DNA of 64,000 nucleotides from a virus: IMG/VR virus record IMGVR_UViG_3300015263_000719, positions 1 to 64,000 of that record; one strand, 5' to 3'. Shown piece by piece: positions 9,503 to 19,018 of this stretch (position 1 is its first letter; each line of letters starts with the position of its first letter). The notes under the pieces were generated by a model. It saw only the letters and a program-made list of their open reading frames with translations, ran no database searches and was not told where the DNA came from. The position numbers and the translations under genes were made by a program.

Positions 9503-12500
9503 TTATTTACAGTTTCCTTCTTTGAGGAAACCTTTAGTTAAGTTTATTTCACTAGCTTCTATGAAACTATCATAATCCATATTAAGATTCTTACCACCTT
9601 TTTTAAGGTGTCTGAGTATATTTACAAATTCATAATCAATCTGATCTTTATTTTCAGTTATCTCATTACCATTTGTATCAACCCACATTCTTCTTTGCCA
9701 TAGATCAAGTATACTCATTTTACCAGTATTCATATTTTCAGTAAACTCATGATATACTTTACCACCAGCTATTCCTGAATCAAAGCTCAATACATCTCCT
9801 TTCTTTGCATTGACAAGTTTATCTTTCAACTGTAAGAAACCATTAGTTTCTTTCTGAGTATCTTCAGAAGGAGTTTTAGCCTGTTGTCTTGCAAATTCAA
9901 CAAGTTTAGATGTTTCCTTTTTAGTTGATGCTGGTTTTTCCCATACATCTACAACTTCACCTTCTGTCTTTTTAGTAGTCTTTTTGACTTCATACTTAGG
10001 AGTAACAGCATTCAGATCACCTATTGAATTACCAAATGGTGAAATCTCTTTATTACCAAAAGGATTGATAGGTTTGTAAACTGCTTTAAAACCTATACCT
10101 TGCAGTACAAGATTATCTGCCTGAGTCTGAGTAAGCTTTTTAGCTCTGACAAGATATGCTAAAAATGCTTTTTGTTTTGCAGCAGAAAGATATGTTTTAT
10201 CTTTAGTTTGAGCCCACATGATTTTACCATGTTGAGTTATTCTAAGAGTTGTTTTATCTTTCTTTATGTATACTTCAGTATGACTTAATTCATGTAATTG
10301 CTTATCATGTTTAATATATCTTGGAAATGCTCTTTGATTCTTAAACTTACCACTGGCAATTACTGGAATATTCATTTTGTCAAGAGCTTTATTATTTCTC
10401 TCTCTCATTTTACTCTTTTGTTCATCAGTAAGCTCTTTATTGTTAGTACCAGCATACATATTCAGTACAACTCTTCTTGCTCCTGGTACACCACCTTCAT
10501 CAACTTCACTACCAATAACTACATCTTTACCTGAATATACAGGTGTTTTAGGTGTGTACTTCAAATTATAACTAGTACTTGCCCATCTTGAATACTTTTG
10601 TATAAAGTCTTTAGATAGTTTGAATATATCATTACCTTTACCAAATATAGATTCTATCTGTTTACTACTTGTACCAGCAAATACAGCTCTCATTTCAGTC
10701 AAATTAGTAAATGCATCCTGCATTATATAAGGACTGATAGCTCGTATAAATGAACCATTTTTAAATAACAGACCATCTTTAACCACAAGATACATGAGAA
10801 GATCATTAACTGTCTTCTCTTCAATACTCATACTTTCAGGATTCTTTAGTCTTAGTTTCTGACCTTCATTGAATATTTCATGAAAGCCTCTCATAAGATC
10901 TTCCTGTCTTTCAACATCTGCTGAGAAGTTAGTTTCAATTGAAAGTTTATGTAATGTATTTCCAGCATAAAGTCCTTTATCAAAACTGATAGGTTCAAAC
11001 CTAACCATTTGAAGGAAATAATTATTTGGATACATTTCTTTTAATCTTTCAATATTGTCATACAACTCATTTTCCTTTGTAGGATCAGATAATAACTTTT
11101 TAAGATTATAATCACTATTAATATTGTTCTTATAAGCTGTTGATATTAAATGAGCTATTAATGCATTTTCAAGAGTTCTATGATTTTCACTATATGCAAA
11201 ATAACTTGGTTGCATTTGTAATTCAATGAGCTCTTTCATCTTTTGTGCAACTCTTGATTGCAATAAGAAGTAATGTTTACTACCTACAATATGAGTTTTA
11301 GCAGCAAGAGCATTGATCTTATCTACTGGAAAAGCTTCCATAAGTTTTACAAAATCAATATTAGATGCATTCTTAGGAAGACCTTCATCATTTAACTCTT
11401 GATACAATTCCCAATCAGAAAGATTTAATCCTCTGTCAACACCAGTAGAAGCTGTATCTTTTAGTTTGAATTTAACTCCAAGTTTATTCAATGATCTAAG
11501 CATATCTTCTGACTGATACCAGGTAGTTTTCATACCTTTAAGAAGACTTGAAACACCTCTGTAACTTCTAAGATCTTCTGAAAGAATCTTTGCATTAACA
11601 AATTCTTTTAATACATATACTTGCATTTTCTTTTGATCTTCTGATAACTGACCACCTTGTTCATATGTTTTTATCATATCTGCAAGTAGTTGTTTATCTG
11701 CTATATCAAAAGGTTGATTTGTAGCAAGCTGATCTATACCAAATTTTTCCAATGTATATGCTAATGCTCTTCTATCTTTAGCTTTCAACTCCTGAATTGG
11801 TAATCCTTCTTTCCTTGTTCTTTCATCAAGCTGAATAGGAGAATTCTCTGCATTCATTTCTGAAATATATTCAGAGATGATTGGTTGTCTCATTAAAAAC
11901 AATACCTGTTCAACAGGTACACCTAAACCTAGCATATACATAGCTGGACCAAGAGTATCAAGAGTAAGATTAAATTCAGATGCATGCTTCTCTTTTGCAT
12001 TATCTGTCATTGCAGATACAATAGCTGAGAATACATCATTCTTTCTCACTTTACCTTTATTGAATTTTGTATGAAAACTATCAAGCTTATCATATTTATC
12101 AAATAAAGTTCTACCTACTGTTACATTAAGAGCTTTTAATCTTTGGAACATAGTATTAAATACAGCAGATACACCAATACCTCTATCTCCAATTTCAAGA
12201 GATTTAGATGTTTTATTCTGATCAAGTGGTGTATCAATACCTCTGGATTTATTTTTACTTTTTATACCAAGACTTTCAAACTCTTCTTTCATCTTTACAA
12301 AGTAATGCATAGATGCAGGAGTACCTGCTTCTACTTTATTACCATCATTATAAGTAAGCCTCAACTCAATATCAAGTAAAAGATTATTTAATTCCTCATC
12401 ATTTAAAGGTTTAATATCTTGTGGTCTACCTGCTTTAAATGCAGTTACATTATAATCTACCCAGTATTTCATTGTATGACCAGCATATTCAGTAGCAAGA

Positions 12501-15500
12501 AAGTCTGCTTCTGAAATATCTCCAAGTCTTTTACCTTTACTGAATGTCCATTCAGCAAGAGCAGCTTTGACAGGATTTTCAGCAGTATAGTAATTTCCAT
12601 ATGCTACCTGATAACCTGATGCTGTTTTATATGTACTGAACATTCTTGCAAAAAGTGAATCAATATCAAAGTCAGCTCCTGATAAAGCAATAATTTCATA
12701 AGGTAGCATGATAGAGTTTCCATAGTATGCAGGAAGAGTATCTACAATCTTTAGATTTACCATAGAGTGTTTATCCTGTGTAGGAATCCTTACTCCCATT
12801 TGTATAGCAAGATCTACAGGTATTTCATCACCAAGTTTTAATCCAAATTTTCTAAGAGCTTTTTCAGATACTATACATTCAGATAAATAAACATCATTAC
12901 CAAATCTGTCTTTAGATTTAACAGCATGTCTTAATCTGCTTGTAATAGCTTTCTTTACAGTTCTTACATCTCTTACTACTTTACCAACTCTAGCCCATTT
13001 AGTTTGTCCCTTTTCAGTATATTCAACTACATCATGATCACCTGCTTCAATAGCAGCAATTGCATCAGCTTCTGAAAGACTACCAAGAAACTCTCTTGCA
13101 ACCTCCATACCTTCATCTGAAACAAGAGTATACTTTCTACCAGGAGTTTTACTTTTGAATACTCTGTTGGATACAAAAGCTAAATACATTGATTCAAACT
13201 TATATCTGATTGCTGGATAGTTACCATCAAATATTGGTTGTCCTTGTGCATTAGTTGTAAAGAGTTCAGTTACCCATAGATCATCAGTAATAAGTCCATT
13301 TTCAAATGCTTTATATAATTCATTATAAGCTTCTGCAGTAAGTTTACCATCAGGAGCAAATCTGAATATTGTATCTTTAAGATCAACATGACCTCTTCTA
13401 ACTCTTTCAGCAAGTAATTCATTATACTTGGTAACAAGTTCACCAATAGGTAATGATTTACCTTGCCATTCAACAACAGTATCTGGATTCTGTTCAGACC
13501 AGATAAGTTGCATTAGCTGAGTACCATGAGGTATTTTATTCTTAAAACCATCAGTATTAACCTGTTCTCTTAACCATTCACCATCTACTTCCTGTACAAC
13601 ATCACTATCAATGTCAAATTTAGCAGTCTTTAAAGCTGAATCATAAATAAGTAAATCATAATTATTATAATTCATATCATTCAACTTGAGATGTCTGCTA
13701 AGTCTACCTACTCTGGCAACAAACATTTTATTGACTGCTTTTGCTGCTGTTTGAATAGCTGTAACATCACCTGATTTTTTAGCTACATCAAGAGCATCAT
13801 ATCTTTTGTTCATTTCAGCAATCTGAGCAGCTTTATCTCCTTCAAAATTCTTTCTGAATTCAGGATTAATAGTTGAGGTTTCAGCTCTTGTAAGAGTATG
13901 TAGAGATGTTTTATCATACCATGTCATATCTCTACCTACAATCTTTCTATCATGTAGATTAGCATTGAATTTATCAAGTACATCAACTTCATCTTCAGTT
14001 AATCTTTCCACAAGATCAAGACCTCTGGCAATTCTTTGTAGTAAAGGTTTAACTCTTTCCTGATATTTACCATTTGGTTTAAGGTATTGATCTATATAAA
14101 GATTCATATTACCATAGTTCTGAGCATCAGTTCTGTCAATAGGTTTATTGTATTGAACTAAGTGTCTTAACTTTTCAATACTTTCAAGAGCCTGTTCAAC
14201 TGAAGACTGTAGTTTAAATCTAATCTTACCTGTTGAACTTGGACCAGCAGCAATCAATCCACCATTTCTTTTGGTGAAGTCATCAAAGTCTTTATAGTTA
14301 AGAGCAAGATCACCATGTAATAATTGATTTGCAGAAGCAACATTAATAGTATGGTTGATAAAGAACTTAGCCATTTCCTGCATAGATACCTGTTCACCTT
14401 TCTTACCAAATGCTCTTGGTAAAAGATTGTTTACATATATTGCTTCAGTAGCAGTAGTCTCTGGTTTACCCAATGCTTTTTGAGCTGCATATAATCCTTC
14501 AATAAATGCTTTATCAATAGGAGTATTTGTATTATGAGTGAAGTTCTCATATTCTAAAAGCTTTTTAGCATGAGCACCATTTTTATTCTGTACAAAACTT
14601 GCAACTACAAGTTCCTGCATTAAAGCAAGATTATTAGCTCCTTTAAGAATTTCTACATCTACTTTAGGTGCATTCTTTTTACCTTCTACAAAATCATCAA
14701 AACCTCTTTCATAAACTTCTTCATCAAACTGTCCTGTCTTATTAGTTTGATAAGCATGTTCAACTGAACCATACTTTCTTGTTTCACCATCTGTTGATGT
14801 CCACTCAAACTCTCTTGGAGCAAGATTAGAAAGTATCCTGGTGTTAAGAGGATTCTCTCTAGCTGACCAATATACATTAATAGTTTTACCTTGCTTAACT
14901 GTTCTCTTTGTAACAGCACCAAAAGGTACAAGTACAGTATCAATGTATTCCTGTATCTGAGGAAGATAGATGTCATCAAAACTATCTTTTATTTCAGTTT
15001 CATATTGCTCAATTGATTCACCAGCAAGTGCTGCCTGCATCATTCTTTGAGCAAGAGGATGTTCTTTATATCTGAAGAACATTAATCCTCTGGCATTATA
15101 CTTACCAGTAGTCAATCCATCTGCAATCATTTTAGCATTGGTAACTTTACCATTGACAATATCCATTGCATCATGAGTATTTGATTTGCCATGATATGCA
15201 TTTGAAATAAAGTCAGTTTTTGTACCATTCTTAATATCTTCTATTTCAGAAACTATCTTCTTGATTCTGTCAAACTCTTGTTTAAACAGATTATAGAATG
15301 CAGTTCTAGAATACTCTGTAAGTCTTGCATCAGGAGTACCCATATCAGTTACTACTCTATCTTCAACAGGCATTCTTATAAATACCTGTGTTGATTTCTC
15401 AGAGTTATTAAGTAAGAAATATCTAAGTTGTACTTTCTTACCATCTGGACCAATAACATCATCATTAGCAGAACCTGAATCATCATATAGAGCTAATTTA

Positions 15501-18500
15501 AATAGTTCTTCTGCTTCAGCACCAAGAGATTTATAAGTCTTTGCTCCATTGGATTGTTTCCAATTTTCAATTACTTCATTATCACCAATGGATTCTTCTC
15601 TGATACCATCAGCTATAACAAGGTTAAGTTGCTGTAAAACAAAAGAAGCATATTCATCTGAGCTGTTTGGTTGAAATGCCTCACCAATCTTTTTATAGTT
15701 AAGACCTTTAAGAATATTACTATTCTCAAGTACTTGTTTTAACATTCCCTGTCTGTAAGGATCAGTCATTTTTAATGCATCAAACATTGGTTGCATATCA
15801 TCCATAGACAGATTAGATTCTCTTATTCTCCTGATAACAGTACTTAGATACATTGGAGGAAGAATAGCATATACCTGCTTACCTTCAGCATTTCTGAATA
15901 CTGATTCACCAATAGATTCATCAAATAAAGCATTTGCTTTTGCAACTTTTGAGAAAGTACCCATACCTTTTTTATTCAATCTAAGTGAATAAATTCCTGA
16001 AGGATTCTCACTAGTAATAGGATACTCCCTATTCCATTTTCTCAATAGAGTAAACAGAACTTCATTAGGAGTTGCTTCAATATGTAAAGGTGTAACATTA
16101 CCATAGACTGAATAGAATTGACTATATTCATTATATAAGTCTGGATTAGCCTCTTCATATTGCATCCATCTGTCCTTATGGAAATTAAGTAATGACCATT
16201 TAATATAACCAACAGATATATCCATACCAAGTTTTTTGAACTTAGCCTGTATATCTTTAGCATGACTATCAATAGATTTGTGATCAGTACCATTAAAGTC
16301 TTTACCCATTACTACAACTTTGTCATAATAATGATCTTGAATAGAATCAACTATCTTGTCAAATTCATTTTTATCAAGCTTTAAAGCTTCCATTTGTCCT
16401 TGCCAGGATTCAAGTTGTATTTTATCAGTACCTGTTCTGTTTGAAGTAAATGTTCTTGTACTTACTTTATCTTTATTAGCTCCTTTATCAAACAGGATTG
16501 TCATAAAGTCAAGCATATCTTTATTAAAAGATGCTATGAATAAGTTAAATGTAGATGATTCTCGAAGAATCTTTATATCTTGTTCTGATAACTTTGGTTG
16601 AGAAAATAATTCTTCAACTTCAGATACTTCAAGTCCAGCCTGATTAGCAATATCATTGATAAATTTATTATAGAATGCTCTGGTGTTAGGATTATTATTT
16701 GAGAATACTCTGAATTTATTGAACATATTTTCAATATCAGTATTCATCATAGCTCTGAGAAGACCATTGTAAATCATACCACCATTAACAGTAACCTCAA
16801 ACTTAGGATCTTTCATTTCTGAAGGATCAAGTCCAAATCCAAATTCATCTATACTATTTGTAGTAGTATAGATATATTCTCTCATAACCTTTGACAGACT
16901 TTGTACACCACCAACTTCATATAGAGCCTGGTTGAATCTTGCAAAGTCATTCTCACCATTGTATTCAGCTTCCTGTTCAAGTTGATCTAACTCATGAGAT
17001 TCAGCTAATCCTTGAATATCTACAGATTTTGTTCTGGTCTGAACATCTTTAACAATTGTTTTTATGTTATCTTCATTCTCAAGTGCTCTATAGATTTTAA
17101 CCATTCTGTTTATAATAGTCCATGGATTCTTTCCAGATTTTGCATACTTATCTAATTCAGCTTCCCATTTCTCAGGATTATATCTTTCCCTAAAAGCCTT
17201 TATTTCATTTCTTATTCTATAAGGAGCAGTAGGATCATAGTTAGCTTGTGTAGCTGCAGCTCTTACTACTTCATTAAACACACCAAATATTATCCTATTC
17301 TCTTCTGGTTTAGACAGAATAGAAAATGTACCATTATTAACAAGTCTTGTACCATCAACATCTTTAACTTTAATTGCCATAAATGCAGGAGGATAAGACC
17401 TGTATATAGGATTAGTATTAGGACTAGGTGTATGTTTATAGTTACCATTGTATATATCACTAAAGGTAGCTTCAATATAATTCTTGTTTCCCACAAGCAT
17501 ATTGATCCACTTTTTAAGTGTATTGATTAATCTTTGTAACCAGCCAGTAACTTTTTTATCTCTGTTATAGGCATATTCCATAAAGTCATCAGCAAGCTTT
17601 TCTTCATAGTAAAGATCCCTTAACTGTTGCATAGTAAGAACTCTTCCATTGGAAATAGCCAAGTCCCTTAATCTGTTAAGATCTTCATTAGTAGGTTTAG
17701 CATACTTATTCTTAGCATGAGCAAGTAATGTTCTTACCTGATGATCTTTAAATATACTTCTGAACACAACATGAAATGCTTCATGGTATGCAACTTTGTT
17801 ACCACCCAGCTTAGACAGATATACAACATTATCAAGGTATGCACCAAGTAATACATCACCTTCCATGACAGTAGCTATTAATCTTTCAATGTCTTCTACC
17901 TTTACCCAATTAGGTAATATACGACTAAGTATAGCTACCTTTTCACTAAATGCAGTCTGAGGATCTGTAAAGTTTTCATCTGCTCTTATTGTCTTAAATG
18001 GAATACCATCGTCAGGTTTTGCTTTACCATATTTTGCTTCCATGCTTTTGAGCAAAGGATCTTCTTCTAACTCAATAGTGGAAGTTGGTCCTTCAGGTTT
18101 AGTAGATCCAGTGAGATCTGATAAGGTAGCTATAAGATTTAAGAACTCATTTCTATTATGTTGAAAAGCTACTTTAAGTAAAGTAGTACCTTGTCTTGAC
18201 ATTTCATCTTCAACAGTATCTATTAAATCCTGCATGTTCTCATATGTACCTACAAGTAATGAAGCATCTTGTTCTAACTGATCATACTTCTCTTCAAGAG
18301 TTGCTCCGTTAGGAAAACCATTAGTAAACTTCTCTATTACTGCATCTAATCCACTAATAAGACTAAATGCAGATTCACCACTTGCAGTACCAGAAGATGC
18401 TGGATTAACTTCCTCTTCTTCTTTTTCTTCTACTGTACCAAATACAGATGTAATATGACTCTTTAGTTTTCTAAGAGCATCAGCATATTTATTCTCTTTA

Positions 18501-19018
18501 CTTTTACTTACTCTAGTACCTTCTTTAATCTGCTTGTCTATTCTGTTAGCCATGAATTCTGTAGCAGCAACAAGGTCTTCATACTTTTCAAGACTTTCTC
18601 TTAAATCATTTGGATCTGTTTCAGATAAGAATAAATGTAGATTAGCTAAGAAATTATTAGCATGGTTTAATTGAATGTTTACATCTTCATCATCAAGTGT
18701 TGATGTCTTTCCACCTTTCTCTTTAAGAACTTCTTTTCTTAACTTACTAGATCTGCTTTCAGTTTTAGTTGTCTCCTTTTTAGCAGCAGAAGTAACTGTT
18801 GGTGGTTTACCAATAGTAATAGTTTCATAGAAGTCTTTAAGACCATTTACTCTTACTTCAGCTTCAGTAGTAGGAACAGCATTCATTGTCATCTTACCTA
18901 CATTCTCAGGAGCTTTATCCTGTACAGCTTTAATGGCTGCAAATTGCATATCAGGGAAGTAATTGTCTCTAAGTTTCTTAATAGGTGTTTCTATTTTACC
19001 TTCCACTATTCTTATCAC
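9503..19018 (-). CDS. virion-packaged DNA-dependent RNA polymerase (crAss-like, phi14:2 gp66 family) with N-terminal metallopeptidase and inserted NADAR-like domain
   Basis: RIPTQDKHSM and catalytic GADFDID (about 12655-12790); KRNGGLIAAG, RTDAQ; HEAFH..EEKLAD metallopeptidase (about 17590-17790). Confidence 0.9.
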   Translation of the reverse strand: MIRIVEGKIETPIKKLRDNYFPDMQFAAIKAVQDKAPENVGKMTMNAVPTTEAEVRVNGLKDFYETITIGKPPTVTSAAKKETTKTESRSSKLRKEVLKEKGGKTSTLDDEDVNIQLNHANNFLANLHLFLSETDPNDLRESLEKYEDLVAATEFMANRIDKQIKEGTRVSKSKENKYADALRKLKSHITSVFGTVEEKEEEEVNPASSGTASGESAFSLISGLDAVIEKFTNGFPNGATLEEKYDQLEQDASLLVGTYENMQDLIDTVEDEMSRQGTTLLKVAFQHNRNEFLNLIATLSDLTGSTKPEGPTSTIELEEDPLLKSMEAKYGKAKPDDGIPFKTIRADENFTDPQTAFSEKVAILSRILPNWVKVEDIERLIATVMEGDVLLGAYLDNVVYLSKLGGNKVAYHEAFHVVFRSIFKDHQVRTLLAHAKNKYAKPTNEDLNRLRDLAISNGRVLTMQQLRDLYYEEKLADDFMEYAYNRDKKVTGWLQRLINTLKKWINMLVGNKNYIEATFSDIYNGNYKHTPSPNTNPIYRSYPPAFMAIKVKDVDGTRLVNNGTFSILSKPEENRIIFGVFNEVVRAAATQANYDPTAPYRIRNEIKAFRERYNPEKWEAELDKYAKSGKNPWTIINRMVKIYRALENEDNIKTIVKDVQTRTKSVDIQGLAESHELDQLEQEAEYNGENDFARFNQALYEVGGVQSLSKVMREYIYTTTNSIDEFGFGLDPSEMKDPKFEVTVNGGMIYNGLLRAMMNTDIENMFNKFRVFSNNNPNTRAFYNKFINDIANQAGLEVSEVEELFSQPKLSEQDIKILRESSTFNLFIASFNKDMLDFMTILFDKGANKDKVSTRTFTSNRTGTDKIQLESWQGQMEALKLDKNEFDKIVDSIQDHYYDKVVVMGKDFNGTDHKSIDSHAKDIQAKFKKLGMDISVGYIKWSLLNFHKDRWMQYEEANPDLYNEYSQFYSVYGNVTPLHIEATPNEVLFTLLRKWNREYPITSENPSGIYSLRLNKKGMGTFSKVAKANALFDESIGESVFRNAEGKQVYAILPPMYLSTVIRRIRESNLSMDDMQPMFDALKMTDPYRQGMLKQVLENSNILKGLNYKKIGEAFQPNSSDEYASFVLQQLNLVIADGIREESIGDNEVIENWKQSNGAKTYKSLGAEAEELFKLALYDDSGSANDDVIGPDGKKVQLRYFLLNNSEKSTQVFIRMPVEDRVVTDMGTPDARLTEYSRTAFYNLFKQEFDRIKKIVSEIEDIKNGTKTDFISNAYHGKSNTHDAMDIVNGKVTNAKMIADGLTTGKYNARGLMFFRYKEHPLAQRMMQAALAGESIEQYETEIKDSFDDIYLPQIQEYIDTVLVPFGAVTKRTVKQGKTINVYWSARENPLNTRILSNLAPREFEWTSTDGETRKYGSVEHAYQTNKTGQFDEEVYERGFDDFVEGKKNAPKVDVEILKGANNLALMQELVVASFVQNKNGAHAKKLLEYENFTHNTNTPIDKAFIEGLYAAQKALGKPETTATEAIYVNNLLPRAFGKKGEQVSMQEMAKFFINHTINVASANQLLHGDLALNYKDFDDFTKRNGGLIAAGPSSTGKIRFKLQSSVEQALESIEKLRHLVQYNKPIDRTDAQNYGNMNLYIDQYLKPNGKYQERVKPLLQRIARGLDLVERLTEDEVDVLDKFNANLHDRKIVGRDMTWYDKTSLHTLTRAETSTINPEFRKNFEGDKAAQIAEMNKRYDALDVAKKSGDVTAIQTAAKAVNKMFVARVGRLSRHLKLNDMNYNNYDLLIYDSALKTAKFDIDSDVVQEVDGEWLREQVNTDGFKNKIPHGTQLMQLIWSEQNPDTVVEWQGKSLPIGELVTKYNELLAERVRRGHVDLKDTIFRFAPDGKLTAEAYNELYKAFENGLITDDLWVTELFTTNAQGQPIFDGNYPAIRYKFESMYLAFVSNRVFKSKTPGRKYTLVSDEGMEVAREFLGSLSEADAIAAIEAGDHDVVEYTEKGQTKWARVGKVVRDVRTVKKAITSRLRHAVKSKDRFGNDVYLSECIVSEKALRKFGLKLGDEIPVDLAIQMGVRIPTQDKHSMVNLKIVDTLPAYYGNSIMLPYEIIALSGADFDIDSLFARMFSTYKTASGYQVAYGNYYTAENPVKAALAEWTFSKGKRLGDISEADFLATEYAGHTMKYWVDYNVTAFKAGRPQDIKPLNDEELNNLLLDIELRLTYNDGNKVEAGTPASMHYFVKMKEEFESLGIKSKNKSRGIDTPLDQNKTSKSLEIGDRGIGVSAVFNTMFQRLKALNVTVGRTLFDKYDKLDSFHTKFNKGKVRKNDVFSAIVSAMTDNAKEKHASEFNLTLDTLGPAMYMLGLGVPVEQVLFLMRQPIISEYISEMNAENSPIQLDERTRKEGLPIQELKAKDRRALAYTLEKFGIDQLATNQPFDIADKQLLADMIKTYEQGGQLSEDQKKMQVYVLKEFVNAKILSEDLRSYRGVSSLLKGMKTTWYQSEDMLRSLNKLGVKFKLKDTASTGVDRGLNLSDWELYQELNDEGLPKNASNIDFVKLMEAFPVDKINALAAKTHIVGSKHYFLLQSRVAQKMKELIELQMQPSYFAYSENHRTLENALIAHLISTAYKNNINSDYNLKKLLSDPTKENELYDNIERLKEMYPNNYFLQMVRFEPISFDKGLYAGNTLHKLSIETNFSADVERQEDLMRGFHEIFNEGQKLRLKNPESMSIEEKTVNDLLMYLVVKDGLLFKNGSFIRAISPYIMQDAFTNLTEMRAVFAGTSSKQIESIFGKGNDIFKLSKDFIQKYSRWASTSYNLKYTPKTPVYSGKDVVIGSEVDEGGVPGARRVVLNMYAGTNNKELTDEQKSKMRERNNKALDKMNIPVIASGKFKNQRAFPRYIKHDKQLHELSHTEVYIKKDKTTLRITQHGKIMWAQTKDKTYLSAAKQKAFLAYLVRAKKLTQTQADNLVLQGIGFKAVYKPINPFGNKEISPFGNSIGDLNAVTPKYEVKKTTKKTEGEVVDVWEKPASTKKETSKLVEFARQQAKTPSEDTQKETNGFLQLKDKLVNAKKGDVLSFDSGIAGGKVYHEFTENMNTGKMSILDLWQRRMWVDTNGNEITENKDQIDYEFVNILRHLKKGGKNLNMDYDSFIEASEINLTKGFLKEGNCK

